A stretch of 24,354 bases of DNA from a candidate division WOR-3 bacterium (GTDB lineage: Bacteria; Hydrothermota; Tepidihabitantia; Tepidihabitantales; JAOUPE01), in contig JBDRUX010000028.1 of the NCBI GenBank assembly GCA_039801565.1, positions 1-24,354 of the forward strand, given 5' to 3'. The notes beneath the pieces are model-generated. The model saw only the letters and a program-made list of their open reading frames with translations. It had not been told where the DNA came from and did not search any database. Made by a program: the position numbers and the translations under genes. Of this stretch, positions 20,151-24,354 are shown piece by piece; within the stretch, counting starts at the first letter, position 1; each line of letters starts with the position of its first letter.

Positions 20151-21345
20151 CAGTGACTTCGCTCCGGCATATTTTAGCGAATTCAATTGTCCCTATGCCA
20201 TCTCCGAATATCAGCCGAAATTTGCTTATCGGGTCATTGGGTTTTCGGCCGGGCTATTCAACAACTCGTTTACGGTTCGACAATACAATCGTTATTTCGG
20301 TACTTATTTAGACCATCAAGCCAAGGTTGACATTTTAAATTCTATTCCGCACCAAGGATTCTTTTTTCACGGTGGTGCCAATCTGGAGGGATTAGAAATT
20401 TTCCTGTCCCGATTTAGCATTTCCATCTTAGGCTGTGGCTTCATTGGTCTTGAAATCCCTAAAGATATTTTTGACTTAGCCCTCTTTGGCAACCAATTAA
20501 ATCGGTATTATTCGGCTGCCGGCTTTAAAAATCGAACTCTTGCCTATTGGAGTGGTGCAATTGCCTATAATAGCCAAATTCCGTCCACCAACTTAGCAGT
20601 TGGTGTTCGGGCTCGTTATCTGGCGGGTATTTATTATTTCGAGACTTTTGAAACCCAGGGTTATCTTTTCACCACACCTGCTTTTTTAGTCTCAGAAGGG
20701 GAAGCAAATTATCGTCGAGCATTAGGTGGCAATGGTTTTGGCTGCGACTTAATGTTGAGTTATGATTTTTCTCCTAAACTTCGTACTACCCTTGCCTTTC
20801 TCAATTTAAATTCCGGGATAAAGTGGACCAATAATCCCCAACAAGGTCTTTACTATTTTGCCTTAGATTCTTTAAACTGGCAAAGGTTACGACAAGGCGA
20901 TTTCTTTTATTCCAATCGGACTGTAACCGAGACCGTTCCTTTTCATACTCGTTTGCCTTTCTACCTATTACTGGCAGCGGATTATCAGCTTGGTCGGTCT
21001 CTAATTGGTTCGGTACTAATAAATCAAAGTTTCAATGAATCACCTTTAATGCGCCGGGCGCCAATTTTCGCTACCGCTATTGAATTTCATGGGTTGGCGG
21101 GAAATTCCTTTCGAATCCCAATTGCAATTGGAATTAGCTTAGGCGGCAAAGAAAAATTTGGTTTCAGTTATCGGCTGGGTTGGGTTGTAAAAAAATTTTC
21201 CGGCTCGTTAGCATTTAAAGATTTCGGTGGCTGCTTATTTGGTGCCAAAGGGACTACCACCATTTTCACTTTCGGTTACAATCTTACTCCCGCACCCAAA
21301 CCCAAATTGACCGATTTATACTTGCGCGGTGTGCCGGAAAAGTAA
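20101..21345 (+). CDS. Putative outer-membrane beta-barrel protein (DUF5723/FadL-like); start uncertain
   Basis: Signal-like N-terminus, NNSF...YN.Y.G..L....K..IL, L.GN, alternating aromatic/Gly strands (AVGVRARYLAG, GNGFGCDL). Confidence 0.7.
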   Translation: MNYFKLLFLIQTLSAMPSDFAPAYFSEFNCPYAISEYQPKFAYRVIGFSAGLFNNSFTVRQYNRYFGTYLDHQAKVDILNSIPHQGFFFHGGANLEGLEIFLSRFSISILGCGFIGLEIPKDIFDLALFGNQLNRYYSAAGFKNRTLAYWSGAIAYNSQIPSTNLAVGVRARYLAGIYYFETFETQGYLFTTPAFLVSEGEANYRRALGGNGFGCDLMLSYDFSPKLRTTLAFLNLNSGIKWTNNPQQGLYYFALDSLNWQRLRQGDFFYSNRTVTETVPFHTRLPFYLLLAADYQLGRSLIGSVLINQSFNESPLMRRAPIFATAIEFHGLAGNSFRIPIAIGISLGGKEKFGFSYRLGWVVKKFSGSLAFKDFGGCLFGAKGTTTIFTFGYNLTPAPKPKLTDLYLRGVPEK

Positions 21346-21355
21346 AAATCCGCTT

Positions 21356-22753
21356 TTAGTGAAACTCCTTAACTTCAATCTTAACGGTTCCGACAATTTT
21401 TAGAACTTTTGCCTGTTCGGCCAATTCACCTTCCTGTAATTTAATATGAGTGGCGTCAGCGGGAAATTGACCAAAGGTTGGGTCAACTGAAATCCATTTG
21501 CCCAAATACACCTTGTTCCAGGCATGGTAATAAAAAGCCTTATCCAGATAGGCCAAGCCGACGACAATTTTAGTTGGAATTCCTACTGCCCTTGCCAAGG
21601 CAGCAAATAAGACCGAATGTTCATTACAATCACCTTCCAGATTGGCTAAAACATCAACTGCCGATGGTAAAGATGCAGTTGCTCTTTTCTTGACATTATT
21701 AAAAACCCAGGTTACCAATTTATCAACGGCGGTATTAGCATCTTGGCTACCTTTAATAATTGCCCAAGCCTTCTCTTTAATCTTCGGATTATCGCTTTGG
21801 ATACAAACCGACGGCATTAAAAATTCCTTTTCGGCTCGGATTGGTAAAGAAATTTTACTTAGAGGCAGCTCGCTTTTAATTTCAAGTTCAATTGGATTAA
21901 CTGAAATTAGATTTTGGGTTTCGTCCACTAAATTTAGATTGGCGGTGTCAATATCTTTTAGGGTTACTTTCAAATAAGTTATCTTTCGTGGGTCAGGGAT
22001 AGCAGTATCAACCCTTATCGCGAAAAGTGCCAGGACATCTAAAGTTGCAATCTCGGCATCTTTTGCCAATGCTTCCTTTGGTGTTTCCCGGACCATCAAT
22101 AATCCCGGTGGGGATTCTTCCTTTATCGTTTCACCAGTGCTATCAATCCAACTCGTCGAAGTTAGACCTAACATTGTCACAGTTAATTTCCAAGCATCGG
22201 ATTTCTGATTTTTAATTTCGATTGGTTCTTTGGAATGAATAGTTACTTTTGCATCCACTACTGTCATTGTCGTTGGTTCAAAGACTTTAAAATCATAGGT
22301 CTTATTTGGTATCAAACCAACGCTGGCGACCAGATTGCCGATGGCAGAAGCAGGATAAACTCTTTTTGGTACTTCGAGCCAATTGGTCTTGGTTTCACCA
22401 CCGCTTTGGACTATGATTTTAAGTTTGGAGTCAACTCGTTCGCCAAACGCCCGAAACGAACGACCCTTTGAGACAAAGTCCATATCAAAACTTCTTAGCA
22501 CCAATTCCGAATCGGTGACACAGGTTAGATTAGAAATTATTTCGGAAACTTGCTCCATCATCACAAGCCGCATCTTGGTTCGGCTAATGAATTGATAGCC
22601 CTGCGGGATGATTTGGGATTTGATGACCGAATAACCAATCTTCTCTTGGGCAAGATAAACTCCTAACCAGGACTCAGTCGGTTTCAGGGTAACCTTTTGA
22701 CTTGACCGACTACAACTCAAAAACAAAAACGCCAAAAAGATTATTTTTCGCAT
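21356..22753 (-). CDS. Transglutaminase-like domain lipoprotein
   Basis: Signal peptide MRKIIFLAFLFLSC; catalytic triad motifs GDCNEH, HAWN, VDPT. Likely start 22753. Confidence 0.9.
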   Translation of the reverse strand: MRKIIFLAFLFLSCSRSSQKVTLKPTESWLGVYLAQEKIGYSVIKSQIIPQGYQFISRTKMRLVMMEQVSEIISNLTCVTDSELVLRSFDMDFVSKGRSFRAFGERVDSKLKIIVQSGGETKTNWLEVPKRVYPASAIGNLVASVGLIPNKTYDFKVFEPTTMTVVDAKVTIHSKEPIEIKNQKSDAWKLTVTMLGLTSTSWIDSTGETIKEESPPGLLMVRETPKEALAKDAEIATLDVLALFAIRVDTAIPDPRKITYLKVTLKDIDTANLNLVDETQNLISVNPIELEIKSELPLSKISLPIRAEKEFLMPSVCIQSDNPKIKEKAWAIIKGSQDANTAVDKLVTWVFNNVKKRATASLPSAVDVLANLEGDCNEHSVLFAALARAVGIPTKIVVGLAYLDKAFYYHAWNKVYLGKWISVDPTFGQFPADATHIKLQEGELAEQAKVLKIVGTVKIEVKEFH

Positions 22754-22800
22754 CGCTATTAAGCCTAACTTAATCGGAAACAAAAGTCAAGGGAATCAGT

Positions 22801-22860
22801 TTAAACAACCTCGAACTATTTTAAACTTTTATTTTTAATTCAAATCCTTTCCGCTATGCC
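22801..22860 (+). repeat. 60-bp direct repeat, copy B
   Basis: 55/60 identical to 20091-20150. Confidence 0.95.
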
Positions 22861-22998
22861 AAGCGGTAGGAAGAATCTGTAGCAGAGAAAGATTACTTAA
22901 AAGTAACGTCAAAAAATGACCGATTTTTCGTCTATCTTCTTGGTCTTCAGTCGGTTACGCTAATTTTCCTTTAGGGAGGGGTATCGTATAGGGGGTGA

Positions 22999-23202
22999 CC
23001 CCGTAGGCTACCCCCTAACTTGCCCCGTAGGTTGCTTCGGGAGTTGCCTCGGGACTGGGTTCGGGGGCTGGTTGGGAAGTAGGTTGGGGAGCGACTTCGT
23101 AGACGACCTTGGAAGCGACTCGGCAGGCAACTTGGAAAGCAACCTGGGGAGTAGCCCGGTAGGTAGCTCCGTAGGCAACCTGGTAAGCAAGCCGGTAGGC
23201 TG
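22999..23202 (+). repeat. Degenerate tandem array of 17 x 12-bp units
   Basis: Units such as ccccgtaggcta, ccccgtaggttg, cttcgggagttg, ctcggcaggcaa, ctccgtaggcaa and cctggtaagcaa stay in exact 12-nt phase. Confidence 0.9.
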
Positions 23203-23203
23203 G

Positions 23204-23229
23204 AGTTATGTGCTATAGTTATGTGCTAT
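23204..23229 (+). repeat. Perfect 13-bp tandem duplication AGTTATGTGCTAT
   Basis: Copies at 23204-23216 and 23217-23229. Confidence 0.9.
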
Positions 23230-23260
23230 AATGTCTGCAAAATGGAGAAAGGATAAATAT

Positions 23261-24354
23261 GAGAGCTCTGAAAAAGTCAGGCAATTTTTCAATATCTTAC
23301 AAAAACAGAAAACAATAATCTTGACAAAATAGTTTTTTGATTTATACTTTTCCAACTTGATTCAACAATCACTCTGGCAAGATATCCCACCTAAAACCAT
23401 TAATCCTATAGGAAAAGAAAATTCCCCAACTTTAATGGAGGGAAAAATGATAAATAAAGAACGAAAACAAAAATCAATCTTTGGTGATAATTGGATTTAT
23501 AAAAATACTCTTGAGCGCTTTCCTAACCACCCATTAATTAATCTAAAACCTATTCTCGATAGAATCCTTGAAGGTATCCAAGAAAGTCTCGAAGGTTATT
23601 ATTCAAAAGATTTTGGCCGACCATCTTATCCTCCTTCGGTTATCTTAAAGATGCTAATTTTAGAGTATCTTTATAACCTCTCAGATGTGGCAGTCTCGCA
23701 GGCGGTCAACTGTAATATTCTCTTCAAGTGGTTTTGCGGTTTAGATATTGATGAGCTAGCCCCGGACGATACCACGTTGGTAAAGTTTAGAAGGCGTTTA
23801 GGTGAAGATGGTTTTAAAGCGGTTTTTGCTGATTTTATTGAACAGGCCAAGCGATTAGGCTATGGTAAGGGGAAATTAAGGATTTTAGATGCGACTTGTG
23901 TTCTTTCTTTTTCGCGCGGTTTAAATGTGGTTAATTTACTTAAAGATGGGATAAAGCGGGTGCTCAGGCGAGTGAAAGAGAAGGCACTGCCACTATCCGA
24001 AAAAGTAAAGGCTAATGCCTTAAAGTTGATTAAGGTAAAGCGGTGGGTAAAGCTATTGGAGTTAAAGAAGGTGGTGAAACAATTGATGAGAGAGTTAAAT
24101 GGCGAAATTGATAAGCGGAGTGAAAAGATTTTAGACCTTATGAAGCAAGTTATTGATAATGGGAAAAGGATTGGCAGTTTAGTCGATTTTGATGCGGCTT
24201 GGGGTTATAAGAGCAAGAGTTTACCATTTTTTGGTTATAAGGTTCATTTGGTTTGTGATGAGAGTGGATTTATAACCAATCTTGAGGTATTGTCTGGAGA
24301 GAAGAATGAGGGTAGTCGATTGAAGGAGATGATTGAGAAAGAGCCGAAGGGAGA
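23261..24354 (+). mobile_element. Insertion sequence (IS5/IS1182-like), left part
   Basis: Candidate left end GAGAGCTCTGAAAAAGTC at 23261, promoter TTGACA-16-TATACT (23321-48), then a transposase ORF. The right end lies outside the window. Confidence 0.75.
23447..24354 (+). CDS. DDE transposase (DUF772 + DDE_Tnp_1 type), 3'-partial, absent from the ORF track
   Basis: Manual translation: MINKERKQ...GRPSYPPSVILKMLILEYLYNLSD...WFCGL...PDDTTLVKFRRRL...ILDAT...DFDAAWGYK...GYKVHLVCD. GGAGG SD upstream. Confidence 0.93.
   Translation, partial: MINKERKQKSIFGDNWIYKNTLERFPNHPLINLKPILDRILEGIQESLEGYYSKDFGRPSYPPSVILKMLILEYLYNLSDVAVSQAVNCNILFKWFCGLDIDELAPDDTTLVKFRRRLGEDGFKAVFADFIEQAKRLGYGKGKLRILDATCVLSFSRGLNVVNLLKDGIKRVLRRVKEKALPLSEKVKANALKLIKVKRWVKLLELKKVVKQLMRELNGEIDKRSEKILDLMKQVIDNGKRIGSLVDFDAAWGYKSKSLPFFGYKVHLVCDESGFITNLEVLSGEKNEGSRLKEMIEKEPKG

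Noticed and set aside
20091..22860. Diversity-generating retroelement TR/VR pair or prophage att sites
   Set aside because: Differences are mostly C/T and G/C rather than adenine-specific. No reverse transcriptase, integrase or tRNA is nearby.
22999..23202. CRISPR array or 60-aa LP-rich protein
   Set aside because: Units are contiguous 12-mers without spacers. The ORF has a non-ATG start, no SD, and follows trivially from the periodicity.

Overview
Low-GC bacterial chromosomal window. Gene content and lipoprotein/beta-barrel style suggest a diderm anaerobe, possibly candidate phylum WOR-3 (inference only). The minus strand carries rimP-nusA-infB-DUF503, a frameshifted nfi, a sugar transferase-epimerase-nfnAB-2x Lrp/AsnC-domain-sucCD run, mazG, a reduced CheW/MCP/pseudo-CheA cluster and a CDF metal transporter. 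The standout feature lies divergent from rimP: a near-consensus sigma-54 promoter (17283-17298) followed by a ~700-nt highly structured RNA region (17309-18015). That region has two rrn-type boxA motifs, a series of long stems enclosing 40-72-nt inserts, and repeated anti-Shine-Dalgarno copies, one identical to the 16S rRNA 3' end. It leads into a lipoprotein + beta-barrel gene pair. Also seen: a miaB/cupin chimeric junction, two copies of a 12-bp-period intergenic element, a 60-bp direct repeat, apparent leaderless promoters, and an IS5/IS1182-like transposase running off the right edge.
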